A stretch of 64,000 nucleotides of DNA from an uncultured Gemmatimonadaceae bacterium (GTDB taxonomy: Bacteria; Gemmatimonadota; Gemmatimonadetes; Gemmatimonadales; Gemmatimonadaceae): positions 160,001-224,000 of the forward strand of contig CAWAGQ010000007.1 in assembly GCA_963781585.1 (NCBI GenBank), read 5' to 3'. A model generated the notes under the pieces. That model did no database searches and was not told the origin of the DNA. It saw nothing but the letters and a program-made list of their open reading frames with translations. Each line of letters starts with the position of its first letter. The stretch's first letter is position 1. The position numbers and the translations under genes are program-made. This document shows, one piece after another, positions 33,611 to 44,712 of the stretch.

Positions 33611-33961
33611 TCAGGCCGTCCACCAGAGATACCCGGCCACAAACACCAGAAACACCGCGAATGCGCGCTGCAGGTCGCGCGGCGGCATCCGCAGCGCCGC
33701 GTGGGCCCCGACGAACGCGCCGACCAGCAATCCCAGCGCGACGATCGTCGCCACCCGGATGTCCACCAGCCCGTTCCGATAGTACTGCCAGGCGCCTAAC
33801 GCGCCAACCGGGAGCAGCAGCGAGGCGAGCGACGTACCGGTCGCCTTCTCGGGCGCGAACCGCGCCACCACCACCAGCGCCGGAACGATCACGACGCCCC
33901 CACCGATGCCAAACAGGCCGGACAGCACGCCGGCAACGAGACCGATGAACAGGAATTCCAC
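33611..33961 (-). CDS. TauE/SafE-family small membrane protein
   Basis: AGVLSGLFGIGGGVVIVPAL...ATGTSL. Confidence 0.85.
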   Translation of the reverse strand: MEFLFIGLVAGVLSGLFGIGGGVVIVPALVVVARFAPEKATGTSLASLLLPVGALGAWQYYRNGLVDIRVATIVALGLLVGAFVGAHAALRMPPRDLQRAFAVFLVFVAGYLWWTA

Positions 33962-34061
33962 GAAAAGATCTCCGATACAAGGTTGCTCGCGGCGCCCGCC
34001 CGAATATTGCCTCTGTGCCACCCCGCGCTGCCCGCGTCCCGGCATCCGGGACCGGCAGATC

Positions 34062-35459
34062 CTAGATCATGGCCCTCCGCGGCTGCTGCCAGCCGCCCCG
34101 AGTGAAATCGGGGAAGGCCACCGGACGGCTCCCGCCGGCCACCGACTGCTCCGACAGGGGACCGGGGACGCTCCACGACGCGGCGTCGTACACGTCGATA
34201 TCGGGCACCAACCCCTCGCGCAGGCACTGCACCAGCCGCCAGGCCTCGATGTAATCCATCCCACCGTGCCCGCCGCTCCGCGCCCGCTCGCCCAGCGTCC
34301 GCCAGAGCTGGTGCTCGTGCTCGGCCTTGTACGGATCGATCGGCTTCCACGATTCCGACACGTTGGGCCCTTCTATATAGATGCGCGGCGGATAGTCCTC
34401 GAAGATCCCCTTCGTCCCCTGCACGCTGTTGATCCGGCTGTACACCCGCGGGCTGGTGACGTCGTGCTCGAGCAGAATCACCCGCCCCTTCGACGTCCGG
34501 ATCAGCGACCGGTTCAGGTCGCCCTCGATGTACTTCTCCTGCCACTTGGGGCTGTCCTTCGGCTCGTGCTCCGCGCGCCAGGCGGTGAGGCCGAACTCCG
34601 GCGTGCTCATCGACACCATGTGGTCGAAGCGGTCTCCCCGGTTCACATCCATATACATGGAGACCGGGCCCAGGCCGTGGGTGGGGTAGAAGTTCCCGTT
34701 GCGCTTCGTGTGGGGCAGGCGCCGCCACAACCCTTCGTCGCGGTTCTCGAACAGGATCTCGCGCAGGTCGTGGTTGTACGCCGCGCCGCCGGCGAATACT
34801 TCGCCGAACACCCCGGCCCGGACCATGTTCAGCACCAGCATCTCGGTGTAGCCGTAGCAGCAGTTCTCCATGATGAGGCAGTGCCGCCGCGTGCGCTCCG
34901 AGGTGTCGACGAGCTTCCAGCAGTCCTCCAGCGTGTACGCCGCCGGTACCTCGGTGCCCGCGTGCTTGCCATTCTCCATCGCCGCCACCACCACCGGCAC
35001 GTGCCAATGCCACGGAGTGGCGGTGTAGACGAAGTCGATGTCGTCGCGCGCGCAGAGATGCTCGAAATCGTGCTCGCCGCTGGTGTAGACCGCCGGCTCG
35101 TAATCGTGACCCGCTTTCTTCATCATCTGCTTCGCCATCTCCACCTTCTCGGGGACGATGTCGCAAAGCGCGGTGATCTTCACGTTCTCCACCCCGAGCC
35201 ACTCGCCGAGCATGCTCTTGCCGCGCAGGCCGGTGCCGACGATGGCGATGCGGACGGTGTCGTGACGCTCGAACGGCACTCCGATCATCGAGGCGGCCGC
35301 GCTGGGGGGCGCCGCGTCGCCCGGACTCGGGGGCGGGGCCGTCGATTCGGCGGCCCGCGATTCGCTTGGCAGAAGTGAATTGAGCGCCAGCCCGGCGCCG
35401 GTCACAGCCGCCGACTTCAGGAGGTCGCGGCGCGAAAACGGGGAGGATTCGTCAGGCAT
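34062..35459 (-). CDS. Tat-exported Gfo/Idh/MocA protein, GH109 alpha-N-acetylgalactosaminidase-like
   Basis: SRRDLLK, IVGTGLRG, ATPWHWH, MENCCY, YPTHGLGP, GGHGGMD. Confidence 0.88.
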   Translation of the reverse strand: MPDESSPFSRRDLLKSAAVTGAGLALNSLLPSESRAAESTAPPPSPGDAAPPSAAASMIGVPFERHDTVRIAIVGTGLRGKSMLGEWLGVENVKITALCDIVPEKVEMAKQMMKKAGHDYEPAVYTSGEHDFEHLCARDDIDFVYTATPWHWHVPVVVAAMENGKHAGTEVPAAYTLEDCWKLVDTSERTRRHCLIMENCCYGYTEMLVLNMVRAGVFGEVFAGGAAYNHDLREILFENRDEGLWRRLPHTKRNGNFYPTHGLGPVSMYMDVNRGDRFDHMVSMSTPEFGLTAWRAEHEPKDSPKWQEKYIEGDLNRSLIRTSKGRVILLEHDVTSPRVYSRINSVQGTKGIFEDYPPRIYIEGPNVSESWKPIDPYKAEHEHQLWRTLGERARSGGHGGMDYIEAWRLVQCLREGLVPDIDVYDAASWSVPGPLSEQSVAGGSRPVAFPDFTRGGWQQPRRAMI

Positions 35460-35649
35460 CAGGACTCCAGTCGGGAGAGCATGCCAGCCGACCGGGCTCA
35501 AACCCCGCGGCGCGGCCGACACGGCAACTGGAGTGCAAACTGCTCCGCGTCCATCACAGAATCCAGACCGGCGCCGCCACAACGCGCGCTCACATGACGG
35601 GCGACGGCTGGCTCCGCCCGATGTCGACAGGGCAGCGCGCTCGCCGAGG

Positions 35650-38115
35650 CTACACCGCTCGCAGCACGTCCACCGGGTTCGCGCGGGTGGCCCGCCATGC
35701 CGGTGCCGCGCTCGCCATCAGCGCGACGGCGACCAGCGCCGCTTCCGACACGATCAGGGCTACCGGATCGATATGGTAGAGATCGTAGGTGAAGTGATCC
35801 ACCAGCTTGTTCGTCCACAACGTGGTGAACCCGCCGACGGCGGTCCCCGCGAGGACCAGCACGGCCCCGTCACGCAGCACCGTACGGAACACATCGGCCC
35901 GGCGCGCTCCAATGGCCATGCGGATGCCGTACTCGCGGCTGCGCTGGTTCACCGCGTACGAGAGTACGCTGTACAGGCCAAGCGCGCACAGGAGGAGCGC
36001 GGCCGCGCCGAAACCGCTGAACAGCCGGGACAGAAACTGCTGGCTCTCGACCATCTGCGCGTACCGCTCCGTCCAGTGCCCGACCGCTCCTGTCCGGCGA
36101 GGTGGCAGCACGTCCCGCAGCATCCGCTCGATCTCCAGCGCCAGAATGGTCTGCCGCACCGGATTGGCCCGGACGACGAACGCGCGATAGCGCGGAACGT
36201 CCTTCGAGACCACGAACAGCGACCCCTGGTCATCTTCCTGCGGAGACTCCGGGAAGTTGAACCGGACGGTCTTCACCACGCCGATCACGCGGAGCCACGG
36301 GCGCGTGGACTCGCGATCGCCGGTCTTGATCATCCGGCCGATGGGGTCGTCCTGCTGCCAGAGGTGACGGGCGAGCGCTTCATCGATGATGGCGACCCCG
36401 TCGCCTGACGCGTCACCGGGCTCGAAGTCGCGGCCGGACACCATCGGAATGCGCATCGCCTGGAACAGGTCGGGACTGGCCACGATGTACCACTGCGCGA
36501 ACTGCTCGCGCGTGCGCCCGGAGACCAGCTCGGCGGTGAGATTGTTGCCGTCGGTGGCGTTGCCCGAATACCACGACGTCGCGTCCACGCCCGGCATCGC
36601 GCGCAGCCGGGCTTCCACCGCGTCGTGCATCGCGCGCAGCGCAGACCCGCCGGCCGATCGAACGGCGGCGGACGTCGGGGAGATCCGCGACGCGCGTTCC
36701 GTGCCGTGCGACGCGCGCTCCAGCGAATCAGCCGCCCGATCTGCGCGATTGTCGCTCACGACGCCGACGGTGAGGAGCTGGCTGGGATCGAAGCCGAAGT
36801 TGAAATGCCCCACCCGCTCGGCCGCGCGCACCATCAGGCCGGCGCCGGTGAGGAGCGACAGCGCAAGCGCCACCTGCGCCACCACCAGCGCCGAGTAGCG
36901 GCCATGGGCGCGCCCGGTCGTCGTCCCGGCGTTGTCCTGCAGCCGATGCGAGATCCGGATGTCGGAGAGCCGGAATGCGGGGAACACGCCGAACACCGCG
37001 GCCGCCGCCAGCGCGGTGAGCGTGGTGAGCGCGATGACCCGCCAGCTCACCTGCGGAACGAGCGACCCGAGGAAGGGCACGCTGTCGGGCATGCGTGAGG
37101 CAACGACCTCCACGCTCCAGATCCCGACCACCAGCCCGACCGCCGCGCCCGCCAGCGCCACCACCACGCACTCGGCGAGGATCTCCCGGATCACGTCGCG
37201 ACGGCGGGCGCCGAGCGACAGGCGCACCGCCATGTCGCGCTGCCTGACGAGGCCGCGGGCGAGCACCAGGTTGGCCAGGTTGGTGCAGGCGATCAGCAGA
37301 ACGGCGAACGCCGCCGCCAGGAGGACCCAGTGGATCTCGCGCAGCTGGAGCGGATCGCCCTTGAGCGGGATCTCCTTGTACACGAACTCCCGCCGACCCA
37401 CGCCGTGAACCGTGGTGAGATACTTCGCCGTCGCGGCCAGCTCCCGGTCCAGTTCTTCCGGTGTGGCGCCCTCGCGAAGCCGGATCGTGGCCGTGATGTA
37501 CCGTGAGACCACTGGCGACTCCATGGCGTTACGGCCAAGCGGCACCCACACGTCGGAGGCGGCCTCGTTGCCGAGGACCGGAGGGGCGACGCCCACCACC
37601 TGATACGTGCGTCCATCGAAGGTCAGCGTGAGGCGATCGAGGCGCTCGTCGCTGTCGTACATGGCGCGCCAGAGGCGGTGACTGATGATCACCGCGTGGT
37701 CCACGTCGCCGTCGAGCGTGGATTCGGTGAACACGCGGCCAAGCGCCGGGCGCACGCCTGTGACCGCGAAGTAGTTCGCGCTCACGGCGGTGGCGAAGAC
37801 CCTGCGCGATCGGGTACCGCTCTGCGCACCGCCGAAGTACGCGAACGCCGAGAACGCCGTCTCGCCGGCCGCTGGAATGCGGCCCGTAAGGGCGTTGATC
37901 CGGTCGGCATTGGTCACGTCGCCGGCAGCGCCGTCGCCCGAACCCCAGACATGATACAGGCGATCGGCGTCCCTGAAGATGCTCCGCGGATGCCGGAACG
38001 CATCCACCACCGAGAAGACCGACGTCGCGAGGCCGAGCGCGAGGCCCAGCGACGCGATCGCCACGGCCGAAAAGCCCGGACTGCGGCGGAGAGAACGGAT
38101 GGACGCGATCAGCAC
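35650..38115 (-). CDS. ABC transporter permease (duplicated MacB/FtsX type)
   Basis: RSLRRSPGF, IACTNLANL, EYGIRMAIGA. Confidence 0.9.
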   Translation of the reverse strand: MLIASIRSLRRSPGFSAVAIASLGLALGLATSVFSVVDAFRHPRSIFRDADRLYHVWGSGDGAAGDVTNADRINALTGRIPAAGETAFSAFAYFGGAQSGTRSRRVFATAVSANYFAVTGVRPALGRVFTESTLDGDVDHAVIISHRLWRAMYDSDERLDRLTLTFDGRTYQVVGVAPPVLGNEAASDVWVPLGRNAMESPVVSRYITATIRLREGATPEELDRELAATAKYLTTVHGVGRREFVYKEIPLKGDPLQLREIHWVLLAAAFAVLLIACTNLANLVLARGLVRQRDMAVRLSLGARRRDVIREILAECVVVALAGAAVGLVVGIWSVEVVASRMPDSVPFLGSLVPQVSWRVIALTTLTALAAAAVFGVFPAFRLSDIRISHRLQDNAGTTTGRAHGRYSALVVAQVALALSLLTGAGLMVRAAERVGHFNFGFDPSQLLTVGVVSDNRADRAADSLERASHGTERASRISPTSAAVRSAGGSALRAMHDAVEARLRAMPGVDATSWYSGNATDGNNLTAELVSGRTREQFAQWYIVASPDLFQAMRIPMVSGRDFEPGDASGDGVAIIDEALARHLWQQDDPIGRMIKTGDRESTRPWLRVIGVVKTVRFNFPESPQEDDQGSLFVVSKDVPRYRAFVVRANPVRQTILALEIERMLRDVLPPRRTGAVGHWTERYAQMVESQQFLSRLFSGFGAAALLLCALGLYSVLSYAVNQRSREYGIRMAIGARRADVFRTVLRDGAVLVLAGTAVGGFTTLWTNKLVDHFTYDLYHIDPVALIVSEAALVAVALMASAAPAWRATRANPVDVLRAV

Positions 38116-38211
38116 GACGAGCCGGACGGAGGGAAGAGCCGAAGTGTATCGGTTTCTCGATACAGTACGAGCCGCCGGTGAAATCGTAACGCGGATCCCG
38201 CGCGGACTACC

Positions 38212-39552
38212 CTACCATTGATAGGCGTGCGGCCCGGGCGGCGAGAGAAAGAACGTCGACGTCGCCGCGTACGCCGGGAATGCCTCGCGGTACCGGGATT
38301 CCCAGTTGGTCACGAACTCGCGCGACCCGGCCACGGGAATCAGCGCCCACACGCTCCCACCGAATCCGCCGCCGAACGCCGATGCCGCCACGGCGCCGCA
38401 CTCCCGCGCCAGCCGCTGCAGCGTGATGGTCTGGGGGACCTGATTCCTCAACAGCCGCTCTGCGACCTCCTGGGAGCGATCGACCACCAGCCCGAACTCG
38501 CTGGTGGCGCCGCGGTTCAACGCCTCGGTGGCGGCAGGAATGATCTCGTAGGTCTCGACGAGGAAGTGATCGAGCCGGTCGCGCAGGTCCTGCGCGGTGA
38601 ACTGGCCGTCCCCGCTCTGCTCGGCGAGAGCCCGCAGGCGACCGGGGGCGTCGTGCGAGCTGTTGATCGCTTCGGCGAGCGTGACATCCCACCGCTTGGT
38701 GGCGCGATTCCAGATCTGCACCAGCCGTTCCACCGCCCGCGACGCGCGGTTGTACGCCTCGAGCACCGAGCCGGTCTTGTCCGAGGGCACGCCGCTCACG
38801 CCTAACGCGAAGATGAACTGCGGCATCAGGCGGATGGCCGCTTCGCGGCGCACGGGCGTGAAGGCGAACCGGCTGATCTTCCCCGCTTCGCAGCACAGGA
38901 TCGCCGTATGATCCTCGCTCCCCCCGAGCGTTCCGACGCCCGCATCGGCCGCGAACTGGCGGAACATGTCCCCGCTTTCCACCGCGCCAAGGTACGCGGC
39001 CAGCTCCTCACGGGACGATACGGCCTTCCGGAACTCGGCTTTGCTGCGCAGGTCGTTGGCCCGCGAGAGGGCGATGAAGGTGCCGATGACGAGCGCGCTC
39101 GAGCTGCTCAAACCGGCGGCCGCGGGCAGGTCGCTGGCCAGGACGATGTCCACGCCGCGTTTGACGCCGGGGAAGTCGCGCACCAGCCGGCGCACCACGG
39201 TGGTGACGTAGGACTCCCACGAGCCCGGATCGGGCGTGCCGTTGGCGCCGAGCGACGTCTCGTAGCGGTCGCCAAGTCCCACATCCACCACCCGGACCAG
39301 GGCGTCCTTCCGAGGCGCGGCGCGGATGCAGAAGCCGCGCTCCACCGCGCAAAGCAGACTCCGGCCCCCGCCGTAGTCGGTATGCTTGCCCAGCACTTCG
39401 ATGCGGCCTGGTACCCAGATGGACCAGCGCCGGGTGGCGTTCGCGTCCATGGCGTCGAGGGCCTTGTCGCAGCGCGTGTACAGCGGACTCTTGGCGGCGG
39501 CGTTGCGCGGCGACATGCCGAGGGCACGGAGTTGATCAGTGGCGAGGGTCAT
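38212..39552 (-). CDS. Galactokinase-like GHMP kinase
   Basis: PGRIEVLGKHTDY, PAAAGLSSSSAL, GGGFGG. Confidence 0.9.
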   Translation of the reverse strand: MTLATDQLRALGMSPRNAAAKSPLYTRCDKALDAMDANATRRWSIWVPGRIEVLGKHTDYGGGRSLLCAVERGFCIRAAPRKDALVRVVDVGLGDRYETSLGANGTPDPGSWESYVTTVVRRLVRDFPGVKRGVDIVLASDLPAAAGLSSSSALVIGTFIALSRANDLRSKAEFRKAVSSREELAAYLGAVESGDMFRQFAADAGVGTLGGSEDHTAILCCEAGKISRFAFTPVRREAAIRLMPQFIFALGVSGVPSDKTGSVLEAYNRASRAVERLVQIWNRATKRWDVTLAEAINSSHDAPGRLRALAEQSGDGQFTAQDLRDRLDHFLVETYEIIPAATEALNRGATSEFGLVVDRSQEVAERLLRNQVPQTITLQRLARECGAVAASAFGGGFGGSVWALIPVAGSREFVTNWESRYREAFPAYAATSTFFLSPPGPHAYQW

Positions 39553-39645
39553 CGGGGGGGAGGCCCTAGGCCAGAGGTCACAGGCCGGAGGTCATAGGCC
39601 GCCACGCCGCTCCCCGCGACAGCGCGACGATGACCCCACTCGCCG

Positions 39646-40467
39646 CTACAGCGTGACATTCACGCCGCGCAAACGGTCCGCGACCGCGGCCACGTCGCCT
39701 CGCCGCGACAAGTCCAGCACGCCGAGCGCCATCGGGAGCACCGTGAAACGCTGTCCCAACGTCCTGACGGCATGCCGCACGGCGTTGGGCAGCTCCAGTT
39801 CCCCGCGCGGAGAGGGAGCAATTGCCTCGCACGCCTCGAAGATCGATGGAGCGAAGTACCAGAGGTTCATGCTCACCAGGGCGTGTTCGCCCATTCTCGC
39901 GAAGTCGTGCTCGTCAGGCTTCTCGACGATATCCACGAGGCGTCCGTCACAATCCGTTTGCAGGAGCGCGTACTGTCGGATCCTGTCACGGTCGATGTTG
40001 CTCAACCGCAGCAGTGCCTCGCGGTCGAATCCCGGCAGTCCCGGCACGCCGAGCCCGAGGAGCGCGCGATACGACTCCACGGGATAGTAGTTGTCGGCGT
40101 TGAGGACCAGGCAATGATCGGCCGCCGCGAACTCGCGCGCCGCGAGCAGGGCATCGGCCGTTCCCTTCGCGTCGCGCTGCACGGCGAACGAGAGCCGCAG
40201 TCGCGACACGCGCACGTCGCGCGAATAGTAGTCGCGGATGCGATCGTGCTCCGGTCCGATCACCAGACAGACATCGTGCACCCCGGCGTCCGCCAGACCA
40301 CTCAGCAGGTAGTCGAGGAACGGACGACCGACCGGAATCATCGCCTTCATCCCGGCGTCGGCGAGCGATGCCTGCTCGGCACTCAACTCGGCGCCGGCGT
40401 CGTCGCGTCGCATGCGGGAGCCGAGGCCGCGGGCGAGGATGACGGCCTTGCGCGAGCGACCGGTCAT
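39646..40467 (-). CDS. Sugar-phosphate nucleotidyltransferase
   Basis: ILARGLGSRM, GTADAL, VEKP, SPRGELEL. Confidence 0.9.
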   Translation of the reverse strand: MTGRSRKAVILARGLGSRMRRDDAGAELSAEQASLADAGMKAMIPVGRPFLDYLLSGLADAGVHDVCLVIGPEHDRIRDYYSRDVRVSRLRLSFAVQRDAKGTADALLAAREFAAADHCLVLNADNYYPVESYRALLGLGVPGLPGFDREALLRLSNIDRDRIRQYALLQTDCDGRLVDIVEKPDEHDFARMGEHALVSMNLWYFAPSIFEACEAIAPSPRGELELPNAVRHAVRTLGQRFTVLPMALGVLDLSRRGDVAAVADRLRGVNVTL

Positions 40468-40473
40468 CTGATG

Positions 40474-42261
40474 TCAGCCGACCGCTGAACTGCTGCTCGC
40501 TGCCGTTCCCCACATCCTCGGCAGCAACCGGATCAGGACCCCCGCGCTGATCACGAACGCCACCGTCCAGACGATCCCCTGGGCACGCCTTCCATAGATG
40601 AAGCTTCCGGTGCCGAACAGCGCCGAGTAGACGAAGAGACAGCCGAACACCCAGCCCAGCAGCGCCTGGGGCAGGGAATCCCGCGACGGCGGGAGTCCCG
40701 ACTCGGCGCGGATGTCGCGCCATCCGGGGCCGGCCGGTCGTACCAGACGGTAGAACGAAACGAGCTTCTCGCGCTCGGCGGGCGCGGCAATCAGCGTGGC
40801 CGCGATCCACACCACCGTCGTGACGGCCACGGTGATCATCAGCGAGATGTGCGACGGTATGTTCGCTCCCGCCTTCTTGGCGATGAAGAAGCCTATCGCA
40901 ACGACGAACGAGCTGGCCATCGCCGCAATCTCGCTCCACGCGTTCACCCGCCACCAGAACCAGCGAAGCAGATACAGGAGGCCCGTACCGGCTCCGATCG
41001 AGAGCAGCAGCTCGAAGCTCTCCCGCGCCGAATCGAGCACGAAGGTGAGAAACGCTGCCACCACCATCAGCCCCGCGGTCACCAGCCGGCTCACCATCAC
41101 GTAGTGCCGCTCCTCCGCGCCGGGCTTCACGAACCGCCGGTACATGTCGTGAACGAGGTACGACGTCCCCCAGTTGAGGTGCGTGGAGAGCGTCGACACG
41201 TAGGCCGCCAGCATTCCCGCGACCATGAGGCCGAGGAACCCGGCGGGGAGGAATCGCAGCATCGCCGGGTACGCCATGTCGTGGCCGATCAGCTTCGGGT
41301 CCACGTAGGGAAACGTCCGCGCGATGTCGGAGAGCTGCGGATACACCAGGAGCGAGGCGAGCGCCACGATGATCCAGGGCCACGGCCGCAGGGCGTAGTG
41401 CGCGAAATTGAAGAACAGCGTGCCCTTGAGTGCGTCGTTCTCGCTGCGCGACGCCAGCATGCGTTGCGCGATGTAGCTCCCGCCCCCCGGCTCGGCGCCG
41501 GGATACCACACCGACCACCACTGGATCGTCACCGGGATGATCAGCACCGTGAGCGTAAGCCCCCAGTCGCTGAAATCGGGGAGCAGGGCGAGCGTGGTGG
41601 GGCTGGTCCGGTGGATGAGCTGGGCGAGCCCGCCCACCTCGGGCTGCTTGAGCGCGAAGTACGCCGCGCTCAACGCGCCGGTCATCGCGATCCCGAACTG
41701 GATGAAGTCGGTCACCATGACGCCCCACAGCCCCGACGTTGCCGCGAAGGCGATGTTGAGCACCGCGCAGACGATCAGCGTCTGCGACATCGGCCACCCC
41801 AGCACCACGTTGGCAATCTTCACCGCGGCGAGGTTGACCGACGCCATGATGAAGCAATTGAAGATCAGGCCCAGGTAGACGGCGCGGAATCCGCGCACGA
41901 AGGTGGCGGCCCTGCCCGAGTACCGGATCTCGTAGAACTCGAGATCGGTGAGCACCCCTGACCGCCGCCAGAGCCGGGCGTAGAAGAAAACCGTCATCAT
42001 GCCGGTGAGCAGGAACGCCCACCACGCCCAGTTGTTGGCCACGCCGTGCTCGCGAACCAGGTTGGTCACGAGGTTGGGCGTGTCGGTGGAGAACGTCGTC
42101 GCCACCATCGACACGCCCACCAGCCACCAGGGGGCCGCGCGTCCCGAGGTAAAGAACTCGGTGGTGCTCGATCCGGCGCGCCGCGCCAGGATGACGGCCG
42201 GCGTAAACGACACCGCGATCGAGAGCGTGACGATGAACCAGTCGAGCGGGACGAGGTGCAT
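40474..42261 (-). CDS. Sodium:solute symporter
   Basis: SMVATTFSTDTP, AQRMLAS, many TM helices. Confidence 0.92.
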   Translation of the reverse strand: MHLVPLDWFIVTLSIAVSFTPAVILARRAGSSTTEFFTSGRAAPWWLVGVSMVATTFSTDTPNLVTNLVREHGVANNWAWWAFLLTGMMTVFFYARLWRRSGVLTDLEFYEIRYSGRAATFVRGFRAVYLGLIFNCFIMASVNLAAVKIANVVLGWPMSQTLIVCAVLNIAFAATSGLWGVMVTDFIQFGIAMTGALSAAYFALKQPEVGGLAQLIHRTSPTTLALLPDFSDWGLTLTVLIIPVTIQWWSVWYPGAEPGGGSYIAQRMLASRSENDALKGTLFFNFAHYALRPWPWIIVALASLLVYPQLSDIARTFPYVDPKLIGHDMAYPAMLRFLPAGFLGLMVAGMLAAYVSTLSTHLNWGTSYLVHDMYRRFVKPGAEERHYVMVSRLVTAGLMVVAAFLTFVLDSARESFELLLSIGAGTGLLYLLRWFWWRVNAWSEIAAMASSFVVAIGFFIAKKAGANIPSHISLMITVAVTTVVWIAATLIAAPAEREKLVSFYRLVRPAGPGWRDIRAESGLPPSRDSLPQALLGWVFGCLFVYSALFGTGSFIYGRRAQGIVWTVAFVISAGVLIRLLPRMWGTAASSSSAVG

Positions 42262-42367
42262 GGGGGCCAAAGATAGAAGCCGACGTCGATATCCGGAACG
42301 AAGACTTCCATGCGGCCGTCACCGGCCCAGATTCCGGTGTGTCCGTCCGCCCGCATTCCTGACTCTC

Positions 42368-44563
42368 ATGCCCGCGCCGGAAATGCCTCTGCGCTCCCTC
42401 GTTCGACTCGGCTCCTCTCTGACAGCGGTGCCGTTCGGTCTGCTCATCGCCGCCCGGGCGCCGTCGGTGGATCGATCGCCGGCCGGCCACCGTCCGGCGG
42501 CGTCGCAGGGACCCGTATCGCGCCATACCCTGATGCCGGTCCCAGCGTCGGTGACCTGGGGCGAGGGGGAATACCGGCTGGACAGCAGCACCACCATAGG
42601 CCTAACGAAGTTCATCGACACCCGCCTGCGAAGCGCGGTGGAGCGCAGCGCGGCGCGCCTCGAAGCCCTCAGCGGCCTGGTCTTCGTGCCGCCGGCCGAT
42701 CATCCCCCGTTCACGCCGCGCATCGCCATCACCGTGGATGCCGCCGGACAGCGCGTGCAGACGGTGAGCGAGGACGAGTCGTACTCGCTCGCGGTCAACT
42801 TCACGGGAGCAACGCTGTACGCCCACACCGTGGTCGGCGCCCTCCGTGGACTGGAGACGCTGCTCCAGCTGGTCGAGTCCGACCGCGACGGCTTCTATCT
42901 GCCGGCGGTGCGCATCGAGGACATGCCGCGATTCCGCTGGCGCGGCCTGCTGATGGACGTCAGCCGCCACTTCATGCCGGTCGACGAGGTGAAGCACACG
43001 CTCGACGGCATGGCGGCCGTCAAGCTCAATGTCTTCCACTGGCACCTGACCGACGATCAGGGCTTCCGGGTCGAGAGCAAGCGCTACCCGCGCTTGCAAG
43101 GTTCGGGTTCGGACGGCCTCTACTACACTCAGGCCGAGATCAGGGAGATCGTCGCCTACGCCCGGGACCGCGGCATCCGCGTCATCCCTGAATTCGACAT
43201 GCCCGGCCATACCACGTCGTGGCTGGTCGGCTACCCGCAGTACGCCAGCGTCCCCGGGAAGTACGAGATCGAGCGCCACTTCGGCGCCAGCGACGCCATC
43301 TTCGACCCCAGCCGCGAACCGCTCTACACGTTCATCGACCGGTTCATCGGCGAGATCGCGCCGCTCTTTCCCGATCACTACTGGCACGTGGGCGGCGACG
43401 AGGTGGATCCGAAGCAGTGGAACACGCCGCGCATCCGCGCCTTCCGCAAGGCGCACAAGCTCAAGAATGCCGCCGAACTGCAGGTGTACTTCAACCGCCG
43501 CCTGACGCGGATCCTCGCCAGGTACGGCAAGCGGCTGGTCGGATGGGACGAGGTCCTCCAGCCGAACCTGCCGAAGACGAGCGTGGTGCAGTCGTGGCGG
43601 GGCGTGGACTATCTCGCGAAGTCGACCGCTGACGGGTACGCCAGCATTCTCTCGGCTCCGTGGTATCTCGACCACATCGACCCCGCCGAGCAGCTCTACA
43701 TCGCCGACCCGATCCCACCCACCACCGAGCTCACGCCCGAGCAACAGGCGCTGATCCTTGGCGGCGAGGCCTGCATGTGGGCCGAGCACGTGGCTTCGGA
43801 AACGGTGGACTCGCGCATCTGGCCGCGCCTGGCGGCCATCGCCGAGCGCCTCTGGTCGCCGCGGGACGTGATCCAGGTGAACGACATGTACCGGCGTCTC
43901 TGGGTGATGAGCGATCGGCTGGAACGCCTCGGCCTGATGCACGAGTCGCACACCAATCGCATGCTGCGGCGGATCACCGAGGACGACAGCACGCGTGAGG
44001 CGCTGGCGACAATGCTCGAGGCGGTGGGGCCGCCAAGCTTCGGCCAGCGGGTACGCGGGCAGCGCACCGATCAGCTCACGCCCCTGGTTCGCGTTCTCGA
44101 CGCCGCGGTGCCCGATCCCTGGGGACGATGGGAGACGTCGATGCTGGTGGATCGGTTGCTGAGCGACACGCTGACGCCGCCCGCGCGCATCGATACGACC
44201 ATCACCCTCGATGCCGCGCGTGCACGGCTGACGGAGCTGTTCACCCGGTGGCGTGACGCGGCCAATCCGGTACGGATCGGCGCGGACTCCACACCGCTGG
44301 TGGCCGAGGCAGTACCGGCGGCGGCCGCGCTGTCGCGGACCGCACAGGCGGGCCTGGAGGCGTTAGGCTATCTGGGCGGCAACGAGCGGCCGGCTCCGGG
44401 CTGGTCGGATGCGCTGCTGGCCGAGCTCAAGGGATACGAGCAGCCGCAGAACCTGCTGCGGGTGATGATCGTGCAGCCGGTGGAGCGGTTGGTCGCGGCG
44501 GCGGAAGGTGTTCACGGGTCGCAGGCCACAGGCATGGGCCAAAGGCCACAGGTTGGTCGATAG
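42368..44563 (+). CDS. GH20 beta-N-acetylhexosaminidase
   Basis: PRFRWRGLLMDVSRHF, HWHLTDDQG, HVGGDE, GGEACMWAE. Start uncertain. Confidence 0.93.
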   Translation: MPAPEMPLRSLVRLGSSLTAVPFGLLIAARAPSVDRSPAGHRPAASQGPVSRHTLMPVPASVTWGEGEYRLDSSTTIGLTKFIDTRLRSAVERSAARLEALSGLVFVPPADHPPFTPRIAITVDAAGQRVQTVSEDESYSLAVNFTGATLYAHTVVGALRGLETLLQLVESDRDGFYLPAVRIEDMPRFRWRGLLMDVSRHFMPVDEVKHTLDGMAAVKLNVFHWHLTDDQGFRVESKRYPRLQGSGSDGLYYTQAEIREIVAYARDRGIRVIPEFDMPGHTTSWLVGYPQYASVPGKYEIERHFGASDAIFDPSREPLYTFIDRFIGEIAPLFPDHYWHVGGDEVDPKQWNTPRIRAFRKAHKLKNAAELQVYFNRRLTRILARYGKRLVGWDEVLQPNLPKTSVVQSWRGVDYLAKSTADGYASILSAPWYLDHIDPAEQLYIADPIPPTTELTPEQQALILGGEACMWAEHVASETVDSRIWPRLAAIAERLWSPRDVIQVNDMYRRLWVMSDRLERLGLMHESHTNRMLRRITEDDSTREALATMLEAVGPPSFGQRVRGQRTDQLTPLVRVLDAAVPDPWGRWETSMLVDRLLSDTLTPPARIDTTITLDAARARLTELFTRWRDAANPVRIGADSTPLVAEAVPAAAALSRTAQAGLEALGYLGGNERPAPGWSDALLAELKGYEQPQNLLRVMIVQPVERLVAAAEGVHGSQATGMGQRPQVGR

Positions 44564-44712
44564 TTGATCGGTGGTTCGTAACCCCAATCGGCGCCGAGAG
44601 TTGGCCTGCGTCTGCGGCCGTAGTATGGGGGCGTCGCCGATGCAACGTGATGGGGTCGCCTCCCGACGCGGGTCGCTTAACGAAGCCGCGGTGTTCCGCG
44701 TAATCCAGTGGT

